Part shown: positions 11,246 to 22,576 of the stretch, piece by piece
Numbering within the stretch: the stretch's first letter is position 1
How the letters are laid out: each line of letters begins with the position of its first letter
Source of the DNA: Basidiobolus meristosporus CBS 931.73
Lineage: Eukaryota; Fungi; Basidiobolomycota
NCBI GenBank assembly: GCA_002104905.1
Contig: MCFE01000371.1
Coordinates: 1-64,000 of the forward strand
DNA: 64,000 nucleotides
Reading direction: 5' to 3'
Notes under the pieces: generated by a model
What the model was told of the DNA's origin: nothing
Database searches by the model: none
The model's input: the letters and a program-made list of their open reading frames with translations, nothing else
Made by a program: the position numbers and the translations under genes

Positions 11246-11565
11246 ATGTTGCCAGTGATTAGGTAACTGGTAGTAATATGATTTGTGTTAGGGGAATGCC
11301 AAATTTCGTATGAAACTACCTTTCATATTTTTAGAGTGTACCGGTGGAGCTGACTATAGATATATGCAAACATGCAAATCTATGGGTAGTCTTAAATGAG
11401 CAAGCTGTGTCAGTAATTGGTATACCAGACCCGGCTTGGCTGATATTAGGGAAGGGTTCAACAGAGGTGAGTCTGCAAAAAAAAAATCAACGCGAGTTAA
11501 ACATATTAAGTACATTTTGCCTTGAAAAAGAAGGAATCAATCCTGGGGTAGCAAGAAAAATGAAA

Positions 11566-11636
11566 TGCCATTGCTCGGAATCGAACCGAGGTCGACGCGG
11601 CCACAACGCGATGTACTGCCACTATACTACAATGGC
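11566..11636 (-). tRNA. tRNA-His(GTG), inverted copy
   Basis: Reverse complement of 1981-2051. Confidence 0.92.
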
Positions 11637-11850
11637 TTATCAATTGTGGGATCCAAGAGATACCATTTTCAATACTATGGATAAGCGAAGATACACTTTT
11701 GCTGTCAAATGGGTCTATGTATTGCTCTGACATATACCTTGATGTTTCTACGGAAACATACTATTTTCGCACAAATAAACCATCAAGATAGTGAGTGTGT
11801 TAAGAAAATATATTCTGAAATAAACATTAATTACGAGACTATGTGTAAGC

Positions 11851-11922
11851 GGCTCAATGGTTTAGTGGTATAATTCTCCCTTAGGGTGGGAGAGGTCCCG
11901 GGTTCAATTCCCGGTTGAGCCC
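11851..11922 (+). tRNA. tRNA-Pro(AGG), inverted copy
   Basis: Reverse complement of 1695-1766. Confidence 0.93.
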
Positions 11923-12091
11923 CTTCTTTTGCTCCGCTCCAGTTGATTTGCATTATGCTTTCAACCTTTTGTTACTGAGCGCAATAAAATTCTGGCCACC
12001 AGCCGTGTATTTAGTTCAAGCATACTACTTTTAACTATTACTCTAATGGTTGATCAAAATGCGAAGCGTACTCAAAAAACTAAAAGAAACA

Positions 12092-12165
12092 TGTCTTCGC
12101 TCGGATTCGAACCGAGGACCGTCTGTGTGTTAGACAGACGTGATAACCAACTACACCACGAAGAC
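12092..12165 (-). tRNA. tRNA-Val(AAC), inverted copy
   Basis: Reverse complement of 1452-1525. Confidence 0.93.
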
Positions 12166-12465
12166 TTGTATATGTCTCAAGTCCGGAAATGATATCATCA
12201 TCTTTACAGCACAGAGTGTGCACAGGCACAGGTTTTGTCCTTAGTATATTGAAGGCTGCTTTCCATTCCATCGATGCCTTTGTAGATCTTAATTAGCAAA
12301 ATAAGGACACCCGAAAGGAATGCCAATAATAGAATATTAGTGGGTACGAGAATAAATAAATCAAAGCCCCCGAATGCCTCATCGTTGCTCCTCAGAAATC
12401 CATTCAAGTATTCCGTCTGATGATACCTATCTGCAGGAAAAAGCGCCATTGTACTAGAAAAATAA

Positions 12466-12537
12466 TTCCCCATCGGGGAATCGAACCCCGGCCGTCTCGG
12501 TGAAAGCGAGAAATCCTAACCACTGGACCAATGAGGA
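12466..12537 (-). tRNA. tRNA-Glu(TTC), inverted copy, with a Gypsy LTR 11 bp upstream
   Basis: Reverse complement of 1080-1151; 11-nt spacer 12538-12548, then LTR. Confidence 0.94.
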
Positions 12538-12548
12538 CTTTACTGTAC

Positions 12549-12858
12549 TGTTATGAATCGAGGGCAAGCGGAGGAGGACCGGAGGATGTCCAATACGAAT
12601 CAGAGAGGTTATCTGAATAGTTGATGAACCGGTAAAAGGTTGATGCTTTATTGATAGTGTTCAAAGGAGTTTATATAGAGATAGCCTCGGAGGGAGAGCT
12701 TCCGATAACGTAGGGCAAGCTTCCAAAAGGAGGGTTCAAGATGTATTAAATAACGTGTGTATCACTGAGTGCGATTGATCGTCTGTGTGGAATTCCAGGT
12801 GTTCGATCAGTAGTGTTCAAGTGATCGGTAGTGACTAGTTAGGATTTAAATCATAACA
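12549..12858 (-). repeat. 3' LTR of Gypsy copy A (310 bp)
   Basis: TGTTATGA...TCATAACA 8-bp inverted termini; reverse complement of 20912-21221. Confidence 0.96.
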
Positions 12859-12869
12859 TACTCCCACAC

Positions 12870-15800
12870 TTAAAGAGGTTCTTCTCCTGAAGAGTCCTGT
12901 CTATCGGACTTGTAATACCAGTATTTGGTTGGTGGTGTCATTGGGTTTTTTAGCTGTGCTTCCTTTAGTCGGTCTCTATGCACTAGGTCCTCCTTTACTT
13001 TACCTGACATGTCTGCGAGTTGAAATGTATTGAAGGGCATTTCTCTTGTGATAATAAAGGGTCCAACCCAATGTGGTTCTAGTTTTAGCCTACTTTCATT
13101 TCGGACTAATACAAGTTTTCCCAAAGTTAAGGGTTTTGTTACCACTGTTTTGTTGTACTGTTCTTTCATCTTCTCTGCTTGTCGTTTTAAATTCTTGATG
13201 GCATCATGTCTTGCATGTCCTAATTCTTCCAGTTCCCTTGTTCTGAATTCTGCCAAGTCTTTTTGGTTCTTTAAGTCCCAGATGTATGGTGGTAAGGTAT
13301 CACCTGGGATTCTTGGATGTGTACCATACACTAGGTAGAAGGGGGACTTTTGTGTTGCTGAATGGACTCTAATACGACAGGCAAAGAGTGCTTGATGTAC
13401 AAATTCATCCCACTTATGTTTGGCTCCTTTGACATAAGTAGTCAGCATCTTCCCAAAGAGTCCATTGAACCTCTCTGTGACCCCATTTGTTCTAGGGTGG
13501 TATGCTGATGTCTTCAAATGTCTAACCCCCATTATCTGAAGGTATTCTTTCAAGGTTTGTTCCAAAAAGTTTGCTCCTCTGTCAGACAGAATTTCACCTG
13601 GGCATCCAAACTGCATAAAGATTTCCAGGTAAAGGAATTTTGCAACATTTTTTGCAGTAGCTGCTGGCATGGCTTTTGCTATACACCACTTAGTGGTATG
13701 GTCAATTGCAGTTATGATCCACTTGTTCCCTCTTGAAGTTTCAGGCAATATTCCAATGAAGTCAATTCCCCATCTGTAGAATGCTGGAACTGGAGTCAGT
13801 GGTTCTAATGGGGCATGTTCCTTGTTGTATGGTCTAGCCAGCTGGCACTCAGGGCAGGTCTTGAGGGTCTCAGCTATAAATTGTTTGAGTTTAGGCCACC
13901 AGGCTCTCCTTTTAGTTATTTCATAAGTTCCTTGGATGCCCAGATGTCCAAAGGCTTTATGATTCTTGATTATCATGTCACCTCTGTATACAAATGGAAT
14001 ATATGGTACAGGCCCTATTTCTTCCATGTGTCTGTAAAGTACCTCGTCTTCACCATATGAGAAATTCTCTGCTTCTTTCTTAATCTTGACCCTTACTTCC
14101 TGTGATAAATCTTCTGGCATTGTCTGACTTGCCAAGTACTCTGGCATGTATTCTGGCCAGTCCAACTCATGATCTACCATTGATATATGTTGCCTTGAGA
14201 GTGCATCAGCAACTGTATTCTTTGGCCCAGGGAGGTAGTGGATTTTAAAATCAAATTGTTGTAGTTCTTCAATCCATCTAGTTATTCTTCTGGATAATAG
14301 CTTCTGGGTGTGAATGTATCTTAGGGATGCATGATCTGTATATACCACAAAGTGTTTGCCCTCCAAGTAGCATCTCCACACTCTCAGACAATGTAGTATG
14401 GCATAGAGTTCTTTTTCATGGACTGGGTAGTTTTGTTCAGTTACTGATAGCTTTTTGGACTCATAAGCAACCGGGTGTTCTTTTTGAGTCAGTACCCCTC
14501 CAACAGCTAGATCTGAAGCATCAGTGTATACACAGAAAGGTTCTGAGAAATCAGGCAACTGAAGCACAGGGGTTTGGCATAGCTTTTCTTTCAGAGTTAG
14601 GAAAGCTGTCTCACAGTTTGGGGTCCATATATAGTCTTTCTCTTTTTTGGTCAAGTCTGTAAGGGGGGCTGCAATAGTTGCAAAGTCCCTGATGAATCTT
14701 CTGTAATATGATGCAAGTCCCAGGAAGGATCTCATTTCAGTGAGTGACTTTGGGGCTTCCCATTTCTGGATAGCATCTATCTTGGCTGGATCCATGTGTA
14801 GTCCTTTATCTGAGATTATGTGACCAAGGTATTCAACTGATCTGGTGAGGAATTCACACTTAGGAAGTTGTGCATATAGCTTGTGCTTTTTTAGTATAGC
14901 CAGTACTGTCTTCAAGTGCTTCATGTGGTCATCCATGCTGGTACTATAGATCAGAATGTCATCTAAGTAGACCAGGACAAATTTCTCTAAATATGGTTCC
15001 AGGATGCTATTCATGAGTGTCTGAAATGTTGCTGGGGCATTAGTCAGGCCAAAGCTCATCACAACAAACTCATAATGACCATATCTTGTGTTGAATGCTG
15101 TCTTAGAGGTGTCTTCAGGCTTAATTCTGATTTGGTGATATCCAGATGCCAGGTCTATTTTAGAGAATATCTTTGCCTTCCCCAGTTGGTCAAAGAGGGC
15201 ATCAATTCTTGGTAATGGGTAGGAATTTCTGACAGTGATTGCATTTAGGGCCCTGTAGTCCACACAGAACCGTAGCTTCCCATCCTTCTTTGGAGCAAAG
15301 AGTACTGGAGCTCCCCATGGTGATTTACTGGGTTTTATCCAGCCTTTAGCCAGGTAGTCCTTCAATGTTTCCTTCAAAGTCTCCATTTCCTTTGGGGAGA
15401 ACTTATATGGGGCTCTGTTTCTTGGTTTATCATCTGTTACTTCTATGGCATGGTCAATCTCTCTGCTTGGGGGTAGTGCAGGGATTTCCTTGGGAAAAAC
15501 CTCTTGAAACTCTGCTAACAAGGTCTTGAGCCTGTCATTTGTCACTTCTGTGGTCTCTTGGATTTTGGCAAAGGCTATCATGTGCAACAGTTTGGGATTC
15601 TGTCTGATAGAGTGGGCAAACTGTTTCTTTGATATGGTGTGTTCTGGTGCATTGCCTTTGTCCAGGGTTGGTTTGGGTGACAGATGATATTTTGCATCAT
15701 CCTTGTTGATTACAACTTCCTGAGTCTGCCAGTTTATGTCAGGATTGTGCTTTCTTAGCCAAGTTTGTCCCACATTGATTTCAAAGTTGGCTTGGGGTAT

Positions 15801-16874
15801 GATAATTGGGGAAATGGTGTCTTGGAAGTCCCTGATTTGTAAAGTCAAGGGTTCAGTCCTGCTGTTCACTATAATTGATTCCTTGGTGGCACAGAGGATG
15901 TGAATTGGGGGGCAAGGGATTGTTTGTAGCTTCATCTGATCAGCTACATCTTTTGAAATGTAGACATCAGTTGCTCCACTGTCAATGAGTACAGAGACAC
16001 ATTGGTTGTTGTTGAGAATCCCTGGGAGTTTCAGCATCTTTGGGGTAGTATATAAGCTCTGAGTCCTCTGATACTCCTTAACAAGGCTGATTGTGTGCTC
16101 CTCCTCCTTAGTGGAGAGTTGGAATACTCTTTGTAATGGCCTCTTTGGGCATTCATTGACTTTATGACCCTGTTCCTTGCAGTAAAAGCATAGTCCAAGC
16201 TTGAAGCATTCCTCTTTAGAAGGTCTTGGTGTGCTCTGCATAACATCTAGGTCCATAGGCTCCAGTGTGTGGGGGTAGTGTGCACCTTGTTCAGTGATTG
16301 GTTGACTACCAATAGGTATGTGGTTATTGGCTTTGAGGCCTGTAGTAGTTCTTGAGTGACCAATTCTGTGGTTGACAGCCCTTCTGAAGTGTATGGCATC
16401 ATATCTTTCTGCCAGTTCCATAGCCTCTACTAGGGTTTTGGGGTCTTTGTATTCAATTTCCCATCTAGTGTTGGATTTCAGGCCTCTTAGGTATTGCTCA
16501 AGTAGTTCAGTATCAGGCATGTTTTGAATTTCCATACTAAGCAAGTTAAACTGCTCATTGTACTCTTGAACAGACTTGGCTTGAAAGAGTTTGGACAGTT
16601 TTTCTCTTGCCATTCTATCAGCATTGATAGGTGTAAACCTCTTTCTCAATGCTTTAACAAAGTCAGCCCAGGAGGCTATGGGTGGAAAGATGCCCCTATT
16701 CATTCCTTGAATGTGAAGTTTCCACCACATGGTTGCTTCCTTTCTGAAAAGTGAACAGGCATAATGTACTTTGACTTCTTCAGAGTCATCTGAGAAGTAT
16801 AGGTACTGCTCTACTTCAAATATCCAAGTCTCTAGAGTGGCAGTGTGTCTTTTGCCTTCAACCAGAAGAATCAA
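12870..16874 (-). CDS. Single-frame Gag-Pol polyprotein (N-terminus missing)
   Basis: PMDLD, CCHC knuckle [14 protein letters not shown], protease [19 protein letters not shown], RNase H YTDAS, integrase H-H-C-C, WGIDFIG / ILSDRG / [10 protein letters not shown] motif; no chromodomain; TTG start is at the junction and not real. Confidence 0.96.
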   Translation of the reverse strand: MILLVEGKRHTATLETWIFEVEQYLYFSDDSEEVKVHYACSLFRKEATMWWKLHIQGMNRGIFPPIASWADFVKALRKRFTPINADRMAREKLSKLFQAKSVQEYNEQFNLLSMEIQNMPDTELLEQYLRGLKSNTRWEIEYKDPKTLVEAMELAERYDAIHFRRAVNHRIGHSRTTTGLKANNHIPIGSQPITEQGAHYPHTLEPMDLDVMQSTPRPSKEECFKLGLCFYCKEQGHKVNECPKRPLQRVFQLSTKEEEHTISLVKEYQRTQSLYTTPKMLKLPGILNNNQCVSVLIDSGATDVYISKDVADQMKLQTIPCPPIHILCATKESIIVNSRTEPLTLQIRDFQDTISPIIIPQANFEINVGQTWLRKHNPDINWQTQEVVINKDDAKYHLSPKPTLDKGNAPEHTISKKQFAHSIRQNPKLLHMIAFAKIQETTEVTNDRLKTLLAEFQEVFPKEIPALPPSREIDHAIEVTDDKPRNRAPYKFSPKEMETLKETLKDYLAKGWIKPSKSPWGAPVLFAPKKDGKLRFCVDYRALNAITVRNSYPLPRIDALFDQLGKAKIFSKIDLASGYHQIRIKPEDTSKTAFNTRYGHYEFVVMSFGLTNAPATFQTLMNSILEPYLEKFVLVYLDDILIYSTSMDDHMKHLKTVLAILKKHKLYAQLPKCEFLTRSVEYLGHIISDKGLHMDPAKIDAIQKWEAPKSLTEMRSFLGLASYYRRFIRDFATIAAPLTDLTKKEKDYIWTPNCETAFLTLKEKLCQTPVLQLPDFSEPFCVYTDASDLAVGGVLTQKEHPVAYESKKLSVTEQNYPVHEKELYAILHCLRVWRCYLEGKHFVVYTDHASLRYIHTQKLLSRRITRWIEELQQFDFKIHYLPGPKNTVADALSRQHISMVDHELDWPEYMPEYLASQTMPEDLSQEVRVKIKKEAENFSYGEDEVLYRHMEEIGPVPYIPFVYRGDMIIKNHKAFGHLGIQGTYEITKRRAWWPKLKQFIAETLKTCPECQLARPYNKEHAPLEPLTPVPAFYRWGIDFIGILPETSRGNKWIITAIDHTTKWCIAKAMPAATAKNVAKFLYLEIFMQFGCPGEILSDRGANFLEQTLKEYLQIMGVRHLKTSAYHPRTNGVTERFNGLFGKMLTTYVKGAKHKWDEFVHQALFACRIRVHSATQKSPFYLVYGTHPRIPGDTLPPYIWDLKNQKDLAEFRTRELEELGHARHDAIKNLKRQAEKMKEQYNKTVVTKPLTLGKLVLVRNESRLKLEPHWVGPFIITREMPFNTFQLADMSGKVKEDLVHRDRLKEAQLKNPMTPPTKYWYYKSDRQDSSGEEPL

Positions 16875-16939
16875 ACCTCATCCACCTTGAATCCTGGACT
16901 TCTACAACAAATCTGAAACTTCAGAAGAAAAGACACACT

Positions 16940-19900
16940 TCTAGAGACTATATTTGAAGTAGAGCAGTACTATACTTCTCAGATGACTCTGAAGAAGTCA
17001 AAGTACATTATGCCTGTTCACTTTTCAGAAAGGAAGCAACCATGTGGTGGAAACTTCACATTCAAGGAATGAATAGGGGCATCTTTCCACCCATAGCCTC
17101 CTGGGCTGACTTTGTTAAAGCATTGAGAAAGAGGTTTACACCTATCAATGCTGATAGAATGGCAAGAGAAAAACTGTCCAAACTCTTTCAAGCCAAGTCT
17201 GTTCAAGAGTACAATGAGCAGTTTAACTTGCTTAGTATGGAAATTCAAAACATGCCTGATACTGAACTACTTGAGCAATACCTAAGAGGCCTGAAATCCA
17301 ACACTAGATGGGAAATTGAATACAAAGACCCCAAAACCCTAGTAGAGGCTATGGAACTGGCAGAAAGATATGATGCCATACACTTCAGAAGGGCTGTCAA
17401 CCACAGAATTGGTCACTCAAGAACTACTACAGGCCTCAAAGCCAATAACCACATACCTATTGGTAGTCAACCAATCACTGAACAAGGTGCACACTACCCC
17501 CACACACTGGAGCCTATGGACCTAGATGTTATGCAGAGCACACCAAGACCTTCTAAAGAGGAATGCTTCAAGCTTGGACTATGCTTTTACTGCAAGGAAC
17601 AGGGTCATAAAGTCAATGAATGCCCAAAGAGGCCATTACAAAGAGTATTCCAACTCTCCACTAAGGAGGAGGAGCACACAATCAGCCTTGTTAAGGAGTA
17701 TCAGAGGACTCAGAGCTTATATACTACCCCAAAGATGCTGAAACTCCCAGGGATTCTCAACAACAACCAATGTGTCTCTGTACTCATTGACAGTGGAGCA
17801 ACTGATGTCTACATTTCAAAAGATGTAGCTGATCAGATGAAGCTACAAACAATCCCTTGCCCCCCAATTCACATCCTCTGTGCCACCAAGGAATCAATTA
17901 TAGTGAACAGCAGGACTGAACCCTTGACTTTACAAATCAGGGACTTCCAAGACACCATTTCCCCAATTATCATACCCCAAGCCAACTTTGAAATCAATGT
18001 GGGACAAACTTGGCTAAGAAAGCACAATCCTGACATAAACTGGCAGACTCAGGAAGTTGTAATCAACAAGGATGATGCAAAATATCATCTGTCACCCAAA
18101 CCAACCCTGGACAAAGGCAATGCACCAGAACACACCATATCAAAGAAACAGTTTGCCCACTCTATCAGACAGAATCCCAAACTGTTGCACATGATAGCCT
18201 TTGCCAAAATCCAAGAGACCACAGAAGTGACAAATGACAGGCTCAAGACCTTGTTAGCAGAGTTTCAAGAGGTTTTTCCCAAGGAAATCCCTGCACTACC
18301 CCAAGCAGAGAGATTGACCATGCCATAGAAGTAACAGATGATAAACCAAGAAACAGAGCCCCATATAAGTTCTCCCCAAAGGAAATGGAGACTTTGAAGG
18401 AAACATTGAAGGACTACCTGGCTAAAGGCTGGATAAAACCCAGTAAATCACCATGGGGAGCTCCAGTACTCTTTGCTCCAAAGAAGGATGGGAAGCTACG
18501 GTTCTGTGTGGACTACAGGGCCCTAAATGCAATCACTGTCAGAAATTCCTACCCATTACCAAGAATTGATGCCCTCTTTGACCAACTGGGGAAGGCAAAG
18601 ATATTCTCTAAAATAGACCTGGCATCTGGATATCACCAAATCAGAATTAAGCCTGAAGACACCTCTAAGACAGCATTCAACACAAGATATGGTCATTATG
18701 AGTTTGTTGTGATGAGCTTTGGCCTGACTAATGCCCCAGCAACATTTCAGACACTCATGAATAGCATCCTGGAACCATATTTAGAGAAATTTGTCCTGGT
18801 CTACTTAGATGACATTCTGATCTATAGTACCAGCATGGATGACCACATGAAGCACTTGAAGACAGTACTGGCTATACTAAAAAAGCACAAGCTATATGCA
18901 CAACTTCCTAAGTGTGAATTCCTCACCAGATCAGTTGAATACCTTGGTCACATAATCTCAGATAAAGGACTACACATGGATCCAGCCAAGATAGATGCTA
19001 TCCAGAAATGGGAAGCCCAAAGTCACTCACTGAAATGAGATCCTTCCTGGGACTTGCATCATATTACAGAAGATTCATCAGGGACTTTGCAACTATTGCA
19101 GCCCCCCTTACAGACTTGACCAAAAAAGAGAAAGACTATATATGGACCCCAAACTGTGAGACAGCTTTCCTAACTCTGAAAGAAAAGCTATGCCAAACCC
19201 CTGTGCTTCAGTTGCCTGATTTCTCAGAACCTTTCTGTGTATACACTGATGCTTCAGATCTAGCTGTTGGAGGGGTACTGACTCAAAAAGAACACCCGGT
19301 TGCTTATGAGTCCAAAAAGCTATCAGTAACTGAACAAAACTACCCAGTCCATGAAAAAGAACTCTATGCCATACTACATTGTCTGAGAGTGTGGAGATGC
19401 TACTTGGAGGGCAAACACTTTGTGGTATATACAGATCATGCATCCCTAAGATACATTCACACCCAGAAGCTATTATCCAGAAGAATAACTAGATGGATTG
19501 AAGAACTACAACAATTTGATTTTAAAATCCACTACCTCCCTGGGCCAAAGAATACAGTTGCTGATGCACTCTCAAGGCAACATATATCAATGGTAGATCA
19601 TGAGTTGGACTGGCCAGAATACATGCCAGAGTACTTGGCAAGTCAGACAATGCCAGAAGATTTATCACAGGAAGTAAGGGTCAAGATTAAGAAAGAAGCA
19701 GAGAATTTCTCATATGGTGAAGACGAGGTACTTTACAGACACATGGAAGAAATAGGGCCTGTACCATATATTCCATTTGTATACAGAGGTGACATGATAA
19801 TCAAGAATCATAAAGCCTTTGGACATCTGGGCATCCAAGGAACTTATGAAATAACTAAAAGGAGAGCCTGGTGGCCTAAACTCAAACAATTTATAGCTGA

Positions 19901-20900
19901 GACCCTCAAGACCTGCCCTGAGTGCCAGCTGGCTAGACCATACAACAAGGAACATGCCCCATTAGAACCACTGACTCCAGTTCCAGCATTCTACAGATGG
20001 GGAATTGACTTCATTGGAATATTGCCTGAAACTTCAAGAGGGAACAAGTGGATCATAACTGCAATTGACCATACCACTAAGTGGTGTATAGCAAAAGCCA
20101 TGCCAGCAGCTACTGCAAAAAATGTTGCAAAATTCCTTTACCTGGAAATCTTTATGCAGTTTGGATGCCCAGGTGAAATTCTGTCCGACAGAGGAGCAAA
20201 CTTTTTGGAACAAACCTTGAAAGAATACCTTCAGATAATGGGGGTTAGACATTTGAAGACATCAGCATACCACCCTAGAACAAATGGGGTCACAGAGAGG
20301 TTCAATGGACTCTTTGGGAAGATGCTGACTACTTATGTCAAAGGAGCCAAACATAAGTGGGATGAATTTGTACATCAAGCACTCTTTGCCTGTCGTATTA
20401 GAGTCCATTCAGCAACACAAAAGTCCCCCTTCTACCTAGTGTATGGTACACATCCAAGAATCCCAGGTGATACCTTACCACCATACATCTGGGACTTAAA
20501 GAACCAAAAAGACTTGGCAGAATTCAGAACAAGGGAACTGGAAGAATTAGGACATGCAAGACATGATGCCATCAAGAATTTAAAACGACAAGCAGAGAAG
20601 ATGAAAGAACAGTACAACAAAACAGTGGTAACAAAACCCTTAACTTTGGGAAAACTTGTATTAGTCCGAAATGAAAGTAGGCTAAAACTAGAACCACATT
20701 GGGTTGGACCCTTTATTATCACAAGAGAAATGCCCTTCAATACATTTCAACTCGCAGACATGTCAGGTAAAGTAAAGGAGGACCTAGTGCATAGAGACCG
20801 ACTAAAGGAAGCACAGCTAAAAAACCCAATGACACCACCAACCAAATACTGGTATTACAAGTCCGATAGACAGGACTCTTCAGGAGAAGAACCTCTTTAA
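16940..20900 (+). pseudogene. Gag-Pol of copy B split by two single-base deletions (ORFs 17042-18328, 18385-19038, 19008-20900)
   Basis: The three ORF pieces match the copy A protein; both breaks are at C homopolymers one base shorter than in copy A, so probably sequencing errors. Confidence 0.85.
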
Positions 20901-20911
20901 GTGTGGGAGTA

Positions 20912-21221
20912 TGTTATGATTTAAATCCTAACTAGTCACTACCGATCACTTGAACACTACTGATCGAACACCTGGAATTCCACACAGACGATCAATCGCA
21001 CTCAGTGATACACACGTTATTTAATACATCTTGAACCCTCCTTTTGGAAGCTTGCCCTACGTTATCGGAAGCTCTCCCTCCGAGGCTATCTCTATATAAA
21101 CTCCTTTGAACACTATCAATAAAGCATCAACCTTTTACCGGTTCATCAACTATTCAGATAACCTCTCTGATTCGTATTGGACATCCTCCGGTCCTCCTCC
21201 GCTTGCCCTCGATTCATAACA
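20912..21221 (+). repeat. 3' LTR of Gypsy copy B (310 bp)
   Basis: Preceded by PPT-like AAGTGTGGGAGTA (20899-20911); TGTTATGA...TCATAACA; TATATAAA 21093-21100; AATAAA 21118-21123. Confidence 0.96.
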
Positions 21222-21227
21222 CTCTCG

Positions 21228-21345
21228 AGCATCGGCCATACATACCAGAAAATACCGGATCCCGTCCGATCTCCGAAGTCAAACTGGTAATGGCCTAGTC
21301 AGTACTACGGTGGGGGACCACGTGGGAATACTAGGTGCTGATGTT
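21228..21345 (+). rRNA. rrn5: 5S rRNA
   Basis: AGCATCGGCCATAC...CCCGTCCGATC...AGTACTACGGTGGGGGACCACGTGGGAATACTAGGTGCTGATGT; helix I closes; TTTT terminator; collinear with known fungal 5S. Confidence 0.96.
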
Positions 21346-21539
21346 TTCTTCCGAATTGCTCCACTACACAATACTCTTTTGCTTCTGTTATGTGTGCGTG
21401 TGTCTGTTCTTCCTTTGCTACTGCTGTCTTTGGTATAAAAGAGTTTGCTTTCCAGATACAATGCTGCTCTCTATTCCCTAGTCATTATTGCTGAAGGGCA
21501 ATTTTAGATAGTATATATAAGAAAGGGTTGTCGTATAAT

Positions 21540-21612
21540 GCCTCCTTGGCTCAGTTGGCAGAGCGTCTGCCTAGTAAGCAGAAGGTCGCTGGTTCGATTC
21601 CGGCAGAAGGCA
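21540..21612 (+). tRNA. tRNA-Thr(AGT)
   Basis: GCCTCCT...AGAAGGCA (one C-A mismatch); TCTGC-CTAGTAA-GCAGA. Confidence 0.92.
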
Positions 21613-21805
21613 TGTTTTACATGTTGAACCTTTTATACTTTTATACTTGTACAAGAAAATGTCTTTATTGTCTACTTCAAAGGGCTGTGCTAAGCATCCA
21701 AATGTTCAAAACATTAAGTGGCCGTTGCCCATGTCATTTACTAAATCTGGCTTTGGCTCTTATGTGACTCTTGAGTAAAAGCAAGCAAAATTACTCCAAA
21801 AGCAA

Positions 21806-21888
21806 TGAAGAGAGTGGGATTCGAACCCACGCCTCCGAAGAGATCACGGCCTTAACGTGACGCCTTAGACCAACTCGGCCATCTCTCC
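21806..21888 (-). tRNA. tRNA-Leu(AAG)
   Basis: Minus GGAGAGA...TCTCTTCA; TCACG-TTAAGGC-CGTGA; long variable arm. Confidence 0.95.
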
Positions 21889-22127
21889 ATTCTTGTGGTT
21901 TGTTTACCATCGTTCTAAATGTCAATTTAACTTACCCGCCATTTAGATCAAAATCTATTGCTCGCCGTTGGTGGCTTAGTCAGGTAAGTGCAATTATAGG
22001 AGCTCTCCACGTACCTGCTGTCTCATTATAGACTTTTTTTGTAACGCAGTTGATTAACAAGCTAGTAACGGTGCTATTGTACAATTTATCTCCATATTAT
22101 ATTTTAAATCAGGATCAAATAACAAAA

Positions 22128-22212
22128 CCGAACATAGCTCAGTTGGTAGAGCGGAAGACTGTAGTGTTATATAGCAATCTTTAGGTCCCTGGTTCAAATC
22201 CGGGTGTTCGGA
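22128..22212 (+). tRNA. tRNA-Tyr(GTA) with a 12-nt intron (22165-22176)
   Basis: CCGAACA...TGTTCGGA; GAAGA-CTGTAG-[TGTTATATAGCA]-A-TCTTT; canonical 37/38 intron position. Confidence 0.94.
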
Positions 22213-22502
22213 ATTTTTGGTTTGTGCAAACCCTATTCCTACGGGTATCACTTGTGGGTAGAGCCTTGCAGCAAAGGCTCGCCTTTTTCTTGTTGGATGT
22301 GGCTCTTTACATACGATATTTGCAATACTTTATGTTATTGCTTTACCACCGTATCTGCAATGGTTTTAAGAAATATTGGCCCTTCCCATAGTGCATTGCC
22401 CTAAGTATACAATTTTTGCTTTGTTGCCCCTGAACGATTGCTTCCTTTTTGATACTTGTTGGTGGGAATACCGGTTGCCAGGGAAAACAAAATATAAAAA
22501 TG

Positions 22503-22576
22503 CGCTCCTGGGTGGGCTTGAACCACCAACCTCCTGATTAACAGTCAGACGCGCTAGCCAATTGCGCCACAAGAGC
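22503..22576 (-). tRNA. tRNA-Asn(GTT)
   Basis: Minus GCTCTTG...CAGGAGCG; TCTGA-CTGTTAA-TCAGG. Confidence 0.95.

Larger units (their letters stand above)
9959..12548 (-). repeat. Inverted partial copy of the tRNA array unit (unit coordinate about 171 back to 1, then 3488 back to 1069)
   Basis: Window position plus unit-1 coordinate = 13617 (e.g. ORF 10746..10973 + equals 2644..2871 -); ends at unit coordinate 1069 where an LTR begins. Confidence 0.95.
12549..16885 (-). mobile_element. Ty3/Gypsy LTR retrotransposon copy A, 5'-truncated (no 5' LTR, PBS or gag start)
   Basis: gag-PR-RT-RH-IN ORF, PPT-like AAGTGTGGGAGTA (12859-12871, minus) and 3' LTR 12549-12858. Confidence 0.97.
16886..21221 (+). 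mobile_element. Ty3/Gypsy copy B, inverted relative to copy A, 5'-truncated
   Basis: Reverse complement of copy A apart from junction noise, two 1-bp C-run deletions (18299-18302, 19016-19018) and one C/T site (20186 vs 13584). Confidence 0.96.

Noticed and set aside
189-12473. Short ORFs (63-128 aa) repeated in each array unit
   Set aside because: Most overlap tRNA genes or lie in spacers, have no recognisable motifs, often start at non-ATG codons, and recur only because the unit is repeated
16860-16874. TTG start of the 1334-aa ORF
   Set aside because: It lies in noisy junction sequence; the true gag start, PBS and 5' LTR are missing
18295-19020. Programmed ribosomal frameshifts in Gypsy copy B
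   Set aside because: Copy A is one continuous ORF; both breaks are single-C losses in homopolymers at positions (pre-RT and RT/RH) not typical of gag-pol recoding
13030-20740. Antisense ORFs of 71-111 aa within the Gypsy copies
   Set aside because: Shadows of the Gag-Pol frame with no independent coding signal
22261-22290. Perfect 7-bp hairpin GAGCCTT-GCAGCA-AAGGCTC followed by a T-run, like a bacterial terminator
   Set aside because: Eukaryotic context, single occurrence, no associated gene; a 7-bp stem is expected by chance
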